64,000 nt of DNA. Origin: Dehalococcoidia bacterium. Its GTDB lineage: Bacteria; Chloroflexota; Dehalococcoidia; Lucifugimonadales; UBA2985. The translations under genes were made by a program, and so were the position numbers. Below, one piece after another: positions 53,744 to 63,441 of this stretch (positions are counted from its first letter, which is position 1; each line of letters starts with the position of its first letter). The notes beneath the pieces were generated by a model, which ran no database searches, was not told where the DNA came from, and saw only the letters and a program-made list of their open reading frames with translations. The stretch lies in NCBI GenBank assembly GCA_965222415.1, contig CBDCTU010000002.1, forward strand, positions 260,663 to 324,662, written 5' to 3'.

Positions 53744-54646
53744 CTAAGCACCATCCGGCTCCGGCTGTGTCAACATGCAGGAGTAACCCAGATTTACAAC
53801 GGGAGTCACCGACACCCGGCCCCGGTTGTCGTACCCCGCACGATACGCATACTCCACCTCCGCGCCCCAGGGCACACGTCCGCCGACCCGAATAGCGCCC
53901 TCTCCAATCTGACCCGCACCTCCACAGGCCCCACACACGACAACCCCGCGCCGGTCACCCTTCTTCCAAGCCAGAACCTTCACCTCCGCAGGCACAACCC
54001 GCTCCTCCTTCGCCGGCTGGAACAGGACCCCGTGCAGCTTCTTCAGAACTCCCGCCGACGGAATGGCCTTGCCGGACATGATGTTGGAGAGATGAGCGGA
54101 GCTTATCCCGGACCTCCGGGCTACCTCGTTCTGGCTGATCCCGTGAGCGTCCATTCGACTCCACAGAGCTCCCTGGTCAACACAGGCGCGCTTTGCAGGA
54201 GCGACCTTGGCCGGAGCCTCCAGGATGGACTCGACCCGCGCCTGGACCTTCACGCCCATTCTCCTGCGGCCACGGGACACCTCCGACATGTAGCCGTAAC
54301 TAACCCCCACACGCTCAGCCAGGTCCTTCATGTTCATACCAAGTTCACGAGCACGCTCCCGGATGTAGCTACTCTCTCCGCTAACACTGTCTCTCTGCCG
54401 GTAGACAACTCCTTGTCCCGGGGCCTCTCCCAACACCGCCACGGCCTTGTCACGCATCTTCGGAGTCCATCGCCTGCGCCCCGAGGCAAGCTCCGACAGG
54501 TAGCCCGCAGATACACCCATCTTCGCCGCAAGCTCCTTCATCGTGAGTCCGCAGCGCCTTGCCGCGGCCCTGAGCTCAGTCTCACATCCTGCTGCTGCCG
54601 TATCCTTGGTCCTATTGCTCATCGTTGCCGTTGCAGTCGTCATCAC
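53744..54646 (-). CDS. Triple-HTH DNA-binding protein, module copy 2
   Basis: A full-length paralog of 5298-6191. It has the same three HTH units and C-terminal domain, and most positions are identical. Confidence 0.75.
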   Translation of the reverse strand: MMTTATATMSNRTKDTAAAGCETELRAAARRCGLTMKELAAKMGVSAGYLSELASGRRRWTPKMRDKAVAVLGEAPGQGVVYRQRDSVSGESSYIRERARELGMNMKDLAERVGVSYGYMSEVSRGRRRMGVKVQARVESILEAPAKVAPAKRACVDQGALWSRMDAHGISQNEVARRSGISSAHLSNIMSGKAIPSAGVLKKLHGVLFQPAKEERVVPAEVKVLAWKKGDRRGVVVCGACGGAGQIGEGAIRVGGRVPWGAEVEYAYRAGYDNRGRVSVTPVVNLGYSCMLTQPEPDGA

Positions 54647-54772
54647 GACCTCCTTCTCTTGTTGTGTTGCCTTGGGTGGTGCCCGATTTCGGGCAAAGAA
54701 GAAGGGCCGGCTCCATATGGAGCCGGCCCTTGTGTATTGGAGACCAGTTGAAAGCGGTGGGTTAGACGCCCG

Positions 54773-55018
54773 TCAGTGTTTGTGCCTCGTTACCTTGTGC
54801 CGAGACATGATCCGCCGGAGCAGCAGCGCACAGATGCCCAGCCCGATGAGGTGCAGTGCGAAGACCTCCATGCCGCCGGCCAGCAGCAGTTGCCAGGCCA
54901 GCAGTGCAGCGAAGCCGACCGCCATCGTCAGCCGCCTGCGCCACGGGGCGAGCCCGCCAATGACCACAGGGATGATCTCGACCCTTGGAACCGTTGCCTT
55001 GATTTCTATGACGCTCAT
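54773..55018 (-). CDS. Small (81 aa) membrane protein, module copy 2
   Basis: MSVIEIKATVPRV... has the same length and RBS context as 6317-6562. Confidence 0.6.
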   Translation of the reverse strand: MSVIEIKATVPRVEIIPVVIGGLAPWRRRLTMAVGFAALLAWQLLLAGGMEVFALHLIGLGICALLLRRIMSRHKVTRHKH

Positions 55019-55145
55019 TGATATCTCCTTTCTATTGCTGACCCGCGCTGGCATCCGTAACGCGGTTCTTTGTTCTTGGGTTCGGTTGACGCTGGACACA
55101 CTACGCCCACGGTCGGGTGCCGGACGCGTGAGACGGAGGGGGGTT

Positions 55146-55403
55146 GAAGAAGACGCAGCTCGCCCAGGGTCACATCACAGGGAACGGACTTAGGGGGAGC
55201 TACTGAGGGGAGCGATCGGCCTGGGAGCTGGTCACAGGACGACGCGATGAAGAAGACGCAACTCGGCCAGGGTAATGAGACAGGAATTCTTATGGTGTGG
55301 GCTGCTATCTAAGAAACGTCTGACCTACGAGATGGTCATAGGGCGACGCAGGTGAAGAAAGGCGCAGCTTGGCTTGGGCCAGAAACGTCCAGGTGGGAAC
55401 CGC
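55146..55403. repeat. Iteron-like direct repeats, ~103-106-bp phasing (module copy 2)
   Basis: GAAGAAGACGCAGCTCGCCCAGGGTCACATCACAGGGAACGG lies at 55146-55187. Degenerate copies lie at 55249-55286 and 55355-55403. This is the same family as 6686-6888. Confidence 0.8.
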
Positions 55404-55528
55404 GTGGAATGAAGCGACTGGCCTGTCCATAACTGCAGACCAGTGCGTGTTGAAGCTGCGGTATGTGGCAGTTGGTAGCAAACCGCAGGCATGTGGAACC
55501 GATCGGAGTCACAGACGCACTCCGAGCA

Positions 55529-55555
55529 AGAGCCTGTCCCATACTCGATACGGGG
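55529..55555. repeat. Conserved hairpin motif, copy 3 of 3
   Basis: AGAGCCTGTCCCATACTCGATACGGGG. The stem has one A-C mismatch relative to copy 1. Confidence 0.8.
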
Positions 55556-55850
55556 AAATCCCGGCTTTCAAAGCGACACTTGGGGGAGCAATGCTCAACC
55601 CCTCCACCGCATCACGCAGCCAGAAGGCGATTGTCCCTCATGGGCGGACCGTTCGGAGAGCAACGCTCGATCCTAAGCGGCCTGTCCCGGGTCGGGGACC
55701 GGACCCTCCAGGTTTCTCGGCACGAAATCCTGGAAAAGCCTGACAATGGAACCAATTATTGCCGGACAATCATTGCGAATCAAGTGTTCTGCCCCAATTG
55801 ATTACTCCGATGTGACAACCTGGCTAATCTACGACTTCCAAACCACACAC

Positions 55851-56693
55851 TTAAACAAAGGTCCGCCACAGTCCGAAGGTCAAAAACCTGCGCAGCCTCT
55901 GCATCAGCTGAAGCCTGCCCCACTCCGATTGACTCTCCTCCATCGCTTTGACTCGCCTCTGAAGCTCATCTCTTTTCTGAATCTGGTCCCAAGGATGCGT
56001 CGCCGGCGGAAGCGTCATCCCGTACTCATCTATCAATGCAATCTCCAGCTCCCGCAGCCGAGCCTCGGCCTGTGCCTTCTGCATTGCGCCTCCGCCAGCC
56101 AGGAACCCGCTCCGAACATGCCTCCACTCCACAATCAGCGGCAGCGCAGCGCCGTATATCTGCTCCTCACCAGGCTCCGGCTCAAGGGTCACAAGTTCTG
56201 AGTACTGCCTCCACGCCGGCTTCACAGGCGGTCTCTTCGGCACATTGCTAGTAGCTTCCGACCTGCCCCTAGCTTCCTGGACTGATTCCAGCGCTGCCAA
56301 TCTCTTCTCAATAAGCCGAATGGCCTGTGCATAATCCTCCCGCAGTCCAGCAATCCCGTCCTCCAGTGCCCTGCGCAACTCAGCGTGGCCGGCCTTTACC
56401 GCTGCCTCCAACGACGCCATGCGTTTCTCCAAAGCCTCGATACGCTCCCTGTGCTTGGCAGTCTCCGGGTCAGCCCCCGTCAGAAGTGCAAACTCCAAGG
56501 CCCCTCGAACCCGCCTCGACAGCCTGTCTCCTTCGATGCTGGCTGCCACGGTCCTGTGGTCTACACCCAGCGCCCTGGCAGCTCCTCTGCGTCCCTTTTC
56601 CTTCACCAGATCCTGCAACAGGGACATCAGCCTAAGCTCGTATTGGTCCTCTGTGTTACGACGCTGCTCCATTATCTCTGCGCCTTGCTTCAT
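55851..56693 (-). CDS. HTH plus coiled-coil protein, module copy 2
   Basis: GRRGAARALGVDHRTVAASI is the HTH-like segment. A long heptad-rich middle follows. The C-terminal ..YGMTLPPATHPW.. parallels ..HGLTLPPETMPL.. in 7392-8219. Confidence 0.65.
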   Translation of the reverse strand: MKQGAEIMEQRRNTEDQYELRLMSLLQDLVKEKGRRGAARALGVDHRTVAASIEGDRLSRRVRGALEFALLTGADPETAKHRERIEALEKRMASLEAAVKAGHAELRRALEDGIAGLREDYAQAIRLIEKRLAALESVQEARGRSEATSNVPKRPPVKPAWRQYSELVTLEPEPGEEQIYGAALPLIVEWRHVRSGFLAGGGAMQKAQAEARLRELEIALIDEYGMTLPPATHPWDQIQKRDELQRRVKAMEESQSEWGRLQLMQRLRRFLTFGLWRTFV

Positions 56694-57288
56694 GTCCTAC
56701 GCCCCCTCCCAAGGACTTGCCTCTCTCAGCCCAGGCAATCTGGTCAATCTCGCCGGCAGTATCCCGTGGTGAGAAACCACTCCTCTCCTGCATGATAGCC
56801 CAGCCACTGGATCAGCCCAACCACCGGATGTCACTGGTAGTCGCCTCTCCCGTTCCACCCAACGATTGTAGAAGTGCAATTCTCAGCTTGACCGCTGTCC
56901 AACGGCCTCCATTCCCTCAGGTGACAACTTGTACATTCTGAACACACGACTTGTACCACCCCACCGGGACTGGCTCTTTACTCTAAGTGCTTACTGTGAT
57001 GTGCCTGAACCTTAACAGACTTGCAGTCTTGCTCGCCCCCGCACGCTTGGCACTGGCCTACATTGTTCCACTTACCTTCTTCCACCCCAAACCTCATTCT
57101 CTGTACTACCCCCGCAAGGCACGCGCCCACTCGGAAAATGCACTTTACAAGAGACGGCTTGGACGGTCTGTCATGAGACGCCGGCGGAACACCGGGTCAA
57201 TCTACACCGCATACCACGCGGTTCTTGGGAGGGCATTCCCCGGACACTGACATCAGGGACTTGGGCAACTATCCTACTGCAATCTACT

Positions 57289-59001
57289 ATGAGCATCAAA
57301 GGCTCAGTCTCAGTTTCTGTAGGTCAACACCTTTATGGATCAGGACGTACCGTGAGCGCAACAGATCCTAAATTCCACCCTCTACGGCTCATCGCCGAGA
57401 TGCCATTCCTGGACCGGCTGGAGCTGTCAGCGGTATCCGGCAGACGCCAGCAGAGGGTCTACGAGGAGACAGCCATGCTCAGACGCACGGGTCTGGTGAG
57501 CACGGTACCCCACGCAACGGCGCTCATGTCGCCTACCAGCCGTCTCTACCTTACCCGGGAAGGGTTGCGCCAGCTTGCCGAGGATGAGGGTATTGGCATT
57601 GAGGAGCTGCTTCACAAGTACCCCGTATCCCGCCACTCGCGGTCACTTCTGCTGGAGAGGCTGGACGCCGTAGGCATCATCTACAGGGTGGCGTCGTCTG
57701 TTGCCTGGGCTACGGGGCCGGTGAGTCTTAGGTGGTACAGGAGCGAGCCCTTGGATGCAGTTCTCACGCTCTCCGATGGCAGGACATTGGGCGTCCTTCG
57801 CCAGGGAGCCACCTCGGACAGGACGGGCTTCTCCCACAGGATATGGAGGCTTCTGGAGGGAAAAGTCCCCGGAGGGTTGCTGGTCATCGTCCCGGACGCG
57901 GTACGCCTGCGCCACACTAGCAGGCTGTTGCAGAGTGCCACCGGCCTAGTCCTCATGACTCTGGAGGAGCAGGTCGCCTACCCATCAACTCAAGACACAG
58001 ACTGGCGTACACCCTCCGGCGGTTCCTATCTTGCCTTGGGCAACGCGCTATCCTACGTGAAAGCAGGAAGTGTGGTACCCGTAGAGGATCCCCTGGCAAG
58101 ACCCCGTGTGCCGAGAGACCTTGCGCTCCCCAAGACTGGGCTGGACGTACCCGACCACATGCTGCCCGCTCTGCTGAAGCCGGGGGAGAAGCGGGTGATG
58201 GATATCTTGGCTGACTGGCCCTGGGTTACTACCAACGACCTCGGAGGGGTCCTGGGCGTGTCCAGGATGCGAGTCTCCCAGCTCCTAGACAGGTTGGTTG
58301 AGGGCAATCTCGTCTCCCGTGTAACTTTGGGAAAGCGCAGTCACCTAGCCCTCACCGACTGGGGGCTTGCAATCCTCGCCCGCCGGGACAGGACGGCCGT
58401 AGGCAGGCTGAGGAAGCAGTGGAGTGCGGAGCCGTCAAAGGCAGGCGGTCCCGTAGACTGGCGAAACATCTCCGGCAGGCGAAGCGGCCAGCTGGCCCGG
58501 AACATGGAGCATACAGAGGCTGTGCACTGGTTCATCTCCCATGTAGCGGTTCAGGCCAGGGAGCAGGGATTTCGAGTCGTTCAGTTTGATCCTCCACACA
58601 GGGCGTCAAGACACTTCTGGCATCGTGACAAGCTTCGCTCCATTCACCCCGACGCGTTCGGCAAGCTTAGAAAGGACGGGAAGAACACACCCTTCTTTCT
58701 GGAGTGGGAAAGGCGTGCCGTGAGGCCGAGTACTATGACCGCCAGGCTCGCTCCCTACCTGCGCTATTACTCATCCCACAACCCAGTGGATGATCACGGA
58801 GTGCAGCCGCTGGTCCTGATGGTGTTCGACGATCCTCTGGTGGAGGCGCGGTTCCTCGGCGTGGCCCGCTCGGAGATTGCAAGGACGAAGGTGCAGTTGC
58901 CCCTGTGGGTATCCAGTAGGGATGTACTGAAGATGCACGGGCCTCTAGGACCAGCTTGGCGTAATCCGGACACTATGGGGCCGGCACCGGTCTTCAGGTG
59001 A
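57289..59001 (+). CDS. Replication-relaxation (Replic_Relax) family protein with extra winged-helix domains
   Basis: The C-terminal HTEAVHWFISHVA...IHPDAFGKLRKDGKNTPFFLEWERRAVRPSTMTARLAPYLRYY matches my recollection of the Replic_Relax core (H..., PDA, F.E.D/E). Two MarR-like wHTH segments lie upstream. Confidence 0.65.
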   Translation: MSIKGSVSVSVGQHLYGSGRTVSATDPKFHPLRLIAEMPFLDRLELSAVSGRRQQRVYEETAMLRRTGLVSTVPHATALMSPTSRLYLTREGLRQLAEDEGIGIEELLHKYPVSRHSRSLLLERLDAVGIIYRVASSVAWATGPVSLRWYRSEPLDAVLTLSDGRTLGVLRQGATSDRTGFSHRIWRLLEGKVPGGLLVIVPDAVRLRHTSRLLQSATGLVLMTLEEQVAYPSTQDTDWRTPSGGSYLALGNALSYVKAGSVVPVEDPLARPRVPRDLALPKTGLDVPDHMLPALLKPGEKRVMDILADWPWVTTNDLGGVLGVSRMRVSQLLDRLVEGNLVSRVTLGKRSHLALTDWGLAILARRDRTAVGRLRKQWSAEPSKAGGPVDWRNISGRRSGQLARNMEHTEAVHWFISHVAVQAREQGFRVVQFDPPHRASRHFWHRDKLRSIHPDAFGKLRKDGKNTPFFLEWERRAVRPSTMTARLAPYLRYYSSHNPVDDHGVQPLVLMVFDDPLVEARFLGVARSEIARTKVQLPLWVSSRDVLKMHGPLGPAWRNPDTMGPAPVFR

Positions 59002-59239
59002 TTTCTGCACTGGACTCATGGACACCTGTTGAAAAACAAACTGCTGCTTCTCTGTGCCAATTCTGCAGTGCTGATCGTCTCTGCTGAAGCCGTCTTGTGA
59101 CCCCTTATTAACTTATAGGGGACCGGCCTATTGGAAATCATGGTGAAAGGGTAAACTATCATTCATGAATTACTGAATTCGGCCGACAGATTTGCGCGCG
59201 TGCGCAGTGGAGACATTGGACAAATGAAAGGAGAAATGC

Positions 59240-60070
59240 ATGATACAGGTCAGGGAGAGACTCGAAGCGCTGTACGAAGAGTGTTCGGAGTTGTGCTATC
59301 AGACTGGACAAATAGGTCCTGAAACAGGACACCCGAATTTCCGGCTCATTTACTCTAGTGTGGAGACCTTTGAGAGTAGCAATGGGTTCGCTATGGTTGG
59401 GCTCAATCCGGCAGGGCAGTCATCGGATGCCGACCGAGACAGGGGCCGCCGCCGTCCATTTGATGAAAAGAGTTATTCTGCCTATGTGGACGATACATGG
59501 GCCGATGACCGTGGCCAAGACCGATTTCAACGTGCTGTGCAAGGAATCGCAATGATTCTCAATGGGGCAACTTGGACTGAAACGAAGAAGGCAATTACAG
59601 CAACTAATGAGCGAAAGCCAGAAGAGCGGCTAGGGACCGAGACAGCCGACTTGCTGAGAAATACGCCATCCCAGAATATCATCCCTTTTCGAGGCTCCAC
59701 GCTCAACAAACTTCCACTTGTGCTGCGGCAGCGTGGTGAAGAGATTGGCTGGGAGTTGCTCTGTTTGATAAGACCCAAACCGCGATTCATTGTAACGATC
59801 TCAAACGGCTCACCTTCTCCTTGGAGGACTATTCTCAAGAACAGTGGTCTGCAACGCGCTACTGACAGGGAGGGCGATTGGACAAGAATGCTTGCAGGGC
59901 GAACAGATCGTACTTATCGTGACGTTAGATTGCCCGAAGGCCCTCTCGAAGGAGCTGTGGTATTCGGCCTTCCGGCAGTTGTATTTGACAAGTTACAGGA
60001 GTATGGAACTACCCCACCAATGCTTGCAACGCTTTCCGAAAGGCTAGGGTACTACGAAGCGATCAGCTAA
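59240..60070 (+). CDS. Hypothetical protein (276 aa), possibly uracil-DNA-glycosylase-fold-like
   Basis: GGAG precedes the ATG and the gene is AT-richer. FAMVGLNPAG resembles the G.NPG motif of UDG-superfamily enzymes. No HPS-type second motif was seen. Confidence 0.45.
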   Translation: MIQVRERLEALYEECSELCYQTGQIGPETGHPNFRLIYSSVETFESSNGFAMVGLNPAGQSSDADRDRGRRRPFDEKSYSAYVDDTWADDRGQDRFQRAVQGIAMILNGATWTETKKAITATNERKPEERLGTETADLLRNTPSQNIIPFRGSTLNKLPLVLRQRGEEIGWELLCLIRPKPRFIVTISNGSPSPWRTILKNSGLQRATDREGDWTRMLAGRTDRTYRDVRLPEGPLEGAVVFGLPAVVFDKLQEYGTTPPMLATLSERLGYYEAIS

Positions 60071-60324
60071 GATCAACTGAGTCAAAGCTTGACCATCGGA
60101 TAGGCAATGTACGGAACACAGAGTGACTGGGAGCTTTGATGCCAAATACGCCATTAAGGTCCTTGAGAGTGCCCGAGAGTAAGGCACGGGTACGGCTGCG
60201 TGGACATGCGGACAGCATTGGCTCCCTCAGGCTTATGGCACTTTGTCCGTTCCGGGACATCGGCATCCTGCGTGATGTATATTCGGAGCAATAGGATTTC
60301 AGGAAGGCCCGTTAGGAGAACAGC

Positions 60325-60790
60325 ATGAACCGGCAACTACAACCCCCTGACTCCCGCGGCTCTGTATGCCAGAGTGTCCAGCGACCGGCAGGACGTGGAC
60401 CTCTTTGTCGCAGCACGGATGAGGGCCCTCAGAGCATATGCCGAGGCCAACGGCTATACCAGCGCGGGAGTGCGTCGACGAGGCCGAGAGCGGCCGAATA
60501 GCCGACAGGCCCTAGTTCCATAGGATGCTTGACGAGGCAAGCAAGCCCAATGACCTCTTCCAGGATATCTCGGTGTGGAAGTGTTCCCGCTGCACAAGGA
60601 AGAGAGAGCACGCCCCAGCCTTCAAGTCCATGCTCAGGAAAGAAGGCATCAAGGTGGTCTTCATAACGGAGCACGCAGATGACACTCCATCAGCTTTCCT
60701 GTTGGAGTGTCATCATCGAGAGCGTGGATGAGTTCTACTCTGAGAACTTGGCCAAAGAAGTCGCCAGAGGAATGCAAGAGGTTGCATCAA
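60325..60790 (+). pseudogene. Serine recombinase N-terminal domain, decayed and 3'-truncated
   Basis: Across three frames it reads ALYARVSSDRQDVDL..RALRAYAEANGYT / VDEAESGRIADRP-TAG-FHRMLDEASKPNDLFQDISVWK..RKREHA.AFKSMLRKEGIKVVFITEHADDTPS / IIESVDEFYSENLAKEVARGMQEVAS. It ends at the 3' end of the MFS gene. Confidence 0.7.
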
Positions 60791-61845
60791 GTGATCTTCG
60801 ACCTTATCGGCAACCTCGCTAGAACTGCGGCGGCGAGGCCAAAGAGCGCGGCGATGTAGTACAACGCGACGTCCACGTTTACCACCTCATATAATCCGCC
60901 GACGATGAGGGGCGATGCTGCGGCCATTATGAATTCGCTGAAGCTAAGGATGCCCAGGCCTGTCGTGGACACCTCTGGCCCCATTACATCCAAAGCCGTT
61001 GCCGTGAGTATTGGTTGGTCGGGGAAAAGGAACAGCCCCAATAGCGCCACAGTTATGGTCAGCTCAACTCCCTGGCCGTTGGGTATCAGCAATAGCGATA
61101 GAGCAGCCGACCATATTAACCCTGGCACTAGCACTTGTTTCCGGCCCCAGCGGTCTGACAAATATGCCACGAATAGCTTGGACACCAGGCCAACAGCTAA
61201 CAGTAGCCCGATGTGGAACCCTCGCATAAGGGGGTTGAGGCCCAACTCGTGGTCAAAGTAAATGGGCAATAAGGTGATCAAGGCCACTAGCGCCATAGCC
61301 CTCAGCCCAAGGACGAACGCAATCCCCCAGAGCACCCGATTTTTGAGCAAGCGACAAGTCATTTCAATCCGAGCGGCTAGGTCAGTCGTGATTGCCTCGG
61401 CTTCACGCATATGCCCGATATTCTTGAAGGACCAGACCGCCAAGAAGACCAGGAACAGCGGTGCGATTGAGTAGGCGCTGAGAATACCTTGCCATGTCAA
61501 CAATGCCAGAAGCGCCCCAGTGGTCAGGGGGCCAGCCACGTCGCCAACGCCGCCTCCAACTCCATGGAAAGCTAGGGCCATACCGCGCCGATGGGAAACG
61601 TGGTACGAGAGCGAGACTGATGCGGGAAGGTGCCAGATTGAGTGGGAAATGGCCACCGCCGCGAATCCGATGAGCAACAGGAGATAGAACGGGGAGACTC
61701 CCATTATGAGACATCCCAACCCAGATACCCCAAGGCAAGCAGTCAACAGCGCACCCCAATGTTTGCGGATGACATCTACAATGAACCCTCCGGGCAGCAA
61801 GACCAGGCCCGAAGCGAGTTCGCGGATACTGATGACTCCGCCCAC
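60787..61845 (-). CDS. MFS transporter (frame open upstream to 62007 without a canonical start)
   Basis: The protein is multi-pass hydrophobic. The same frame continues upstream as ..EQQRIWFIVCGLVVGHILFHWIIQSFIVILPEIQSTFRLNSVG, which looks like a first TM helix. No ATG, GTG or TTG occurs before the GTG at 61845. Confidence 0.7.
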   Translation of the reverse strand: MGGVISIRELASGLVLLPGGFIVDVIRKHWGALLTACLGVSGLGCLIMGVSPFYLLLLIGFAAVAISHSIWHLPASVSLSYHVSHRRGMALAFHGVGGGVGDVAGPLTTGALLALLTWQGILSAYSIAPLFLVFLAVWSFKNIGHMREAEAITTDLAARIEMTCRLLKNRVLWGIAFVLGLRAMALVALITLLPIYFDHELGLNPLMRGFHIGLLLAVGLVSKLFVAYLSDRWGRKQVLVPGLIWSAALSLLLIPNGQGVELTITVALLGLFLFPDQPILTATALDVMGPEVSTTGLGILSFSEFIMAAASPLIVGGLYEVVNVDVALYYIAALFGLAAAVLARLPIRSKIT

Positions 61846-62089
61846 GCCAACCGAGTTTAGCCGGAAAGTGCTCTGTATTTCAGGTAGAATGACAATAAAG
61901 CTCTGAATTATCCAGTGAAAGAGGATGTGGCCTACAACCAGTCCACAAACGATAAACCAGATCCTCTGCTGTTCACCAGTTCCAACTCGGATGGTACCCC
62001 TCCCGACTTATTGCCATTGCGACTCTGGTTTGACTCGCAATCTGATGTTGAGTTGAATATATATGTGATGCGCTTTACAATCTATCGAC

Positions 62090-62890
62090 ATGTTGCCAAT
62101 AAATACGCCGAACCGGACAGACCACGATCTGGTCTACCACGATGACTACGGTGCGGACGTTGATCGCCCGATAGTAATCCGGGCGGAGGAATACCCGTCG
62201 GGTTACAATACTTACGGTCACTGGCACAGGCGGAGCCAGTTGGCGTATGCCAGCTCCGGAGTAATCACAGTCACTGGTGCTAAGGGGATCTGGGTGGTGC
62301 CTCAACAGCGCGCGGTATGGATTCCCGCCGGGATAGAACACGATATCCAGACGACGGGGTCGGTGTCGATGCGAAGCGCCTACATCCGCCAGGAGGAGTT
62401 TCCCTGGCTACCAACCGATTGTTGTGTCGTCACCGTTACCCAGCTCTTGAAGGAACTTATCCTGCGGGCGGCCGATTTCCCCCAGTGGTATGAAACGGGC
62501 GGGCACCAAGAACGGATCATGACCCTGGTCTTGGACGAAATAAGGGAGCTGCCATCAATACCGTTGTATCTGCCCGAACCCAATGATTCTAGGCTCAAGG
62601 AGATTGCTGCGGTCACAAAGCAAGATCCCGCGGACCGTAGAACACTGCCAGATTGGGGAAAGGAGGTTGGGGCCAGCAGTAGGACCCTAGCTCGGCTCTT
62701 TCTGACGGATACTGGCATGACCTTTCGTCACTGGCAAAGACAGGCCCGTCTGTTGGACGGTCTGATACGCTTGGCTGAGAGACAACCGGTGACAGAAGTG
62801 GCTTTGGAATTGGGCTATGAGACTCCCAGCGCCTTCATCGCCATGTTCCGAAGGTCGTTGGGAGTTACACCTGGTCAATATTTCGTTTGA
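62090..62890 (+). CDS. AraC-family transcriptional regulator (cupin + AraC HTH)
   Basis: The N-terminal cupin segment is YGHWHRRSQLAYASSGVITV...VWIPAGIEH. The C-terminal segment is SSRTLARLFLTDTGMTFRHWQRQARL...LELGYETPSAFIAMFRRSLGVTPGQYF. Confidence 0.85.
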   Translation: MLPINTPNRTDHDLVYHDDYGADVDRPIVIRAEEYPSGYNTYGHWHRRSQLAYASSGVITVTGAKGIWVVPQQRAVWIPAGIEHDIQTTGSVSMRSAYIRQEEFPWLPTDCCVVTVTQLLKELILRAADFPQWYETGGHQERIMTLVLDEIRELPSIPLYLPEPNDSRLKEIAAVTKQDPADRRTLPDWGKEVGASSRTLARLFLTDTGMTFRHWQRQARLLDGLIRLAERQPVTEVALELGYETPSAFIAMFRRSLGVTPGQYFV

Positions 62891-63138
62891 TGGAAGTAGC
62901 CACTCAGATCGGCTGTGAGAGATTTCTATTGTAACCAGGGAGCCTGACAGTTCGATAGAATGACCCCTATATGGGTACGTAACATCTACCACTTATCGTG
63001 AATTCTTCAGGCTTGCAACCCTTTTATTGTATCTATAGCGATACTAGGTGTGGGAACACCTGTAGGAGGGAACAGAAATGAGTTATACAGAAACAGTGTT
63101 CTAAGGACACGTCGGATAGCCTGGACACAAGAGAAGGG

Positions 63139-63264
63139 ATGTTTGCGCGCCTGAATGCCGCATTGGAAGGGGATGTCGCAGGTGCAATAATGGAGGCCAT
63201 CGGGGATATGGCCCGTGCCAAGGGAATTAGGAGGGCAGCCCAGGATACAGGGTTGGGGAGGTAG
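63139..63264 (+). pseudogene. Possible remnant of a HigA-type (addiction-module antidote) antitoxin
   Basis: MFARLNAALEGDVAGAIMEAIGDMARAKGIRRAAQDTGLGR* resembles the middle of TIGR02684-type antidote proteins (..LN.ALE.GD......AL.DIARA.G....A..TGL.RE.LY..). It stops where the HTH should continue. Confidence 0.3.
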
Positions 63265-63441
63265 TGAGCTACCCCCACAATCCTTGCGAATGTAATTGAC
63301 CCTCCTCAGGTTAAGCCCATTTGTCCCCGAGGATGGCCTGAATCCAAATCGCATAACTGATAGTGGCGTTTGAGGCCGAGAGAACAATCCCCTATGCCGC
63401 AATTGAAACGCGAGAATGGTGCGCATTGAGAATTTCCTGCG

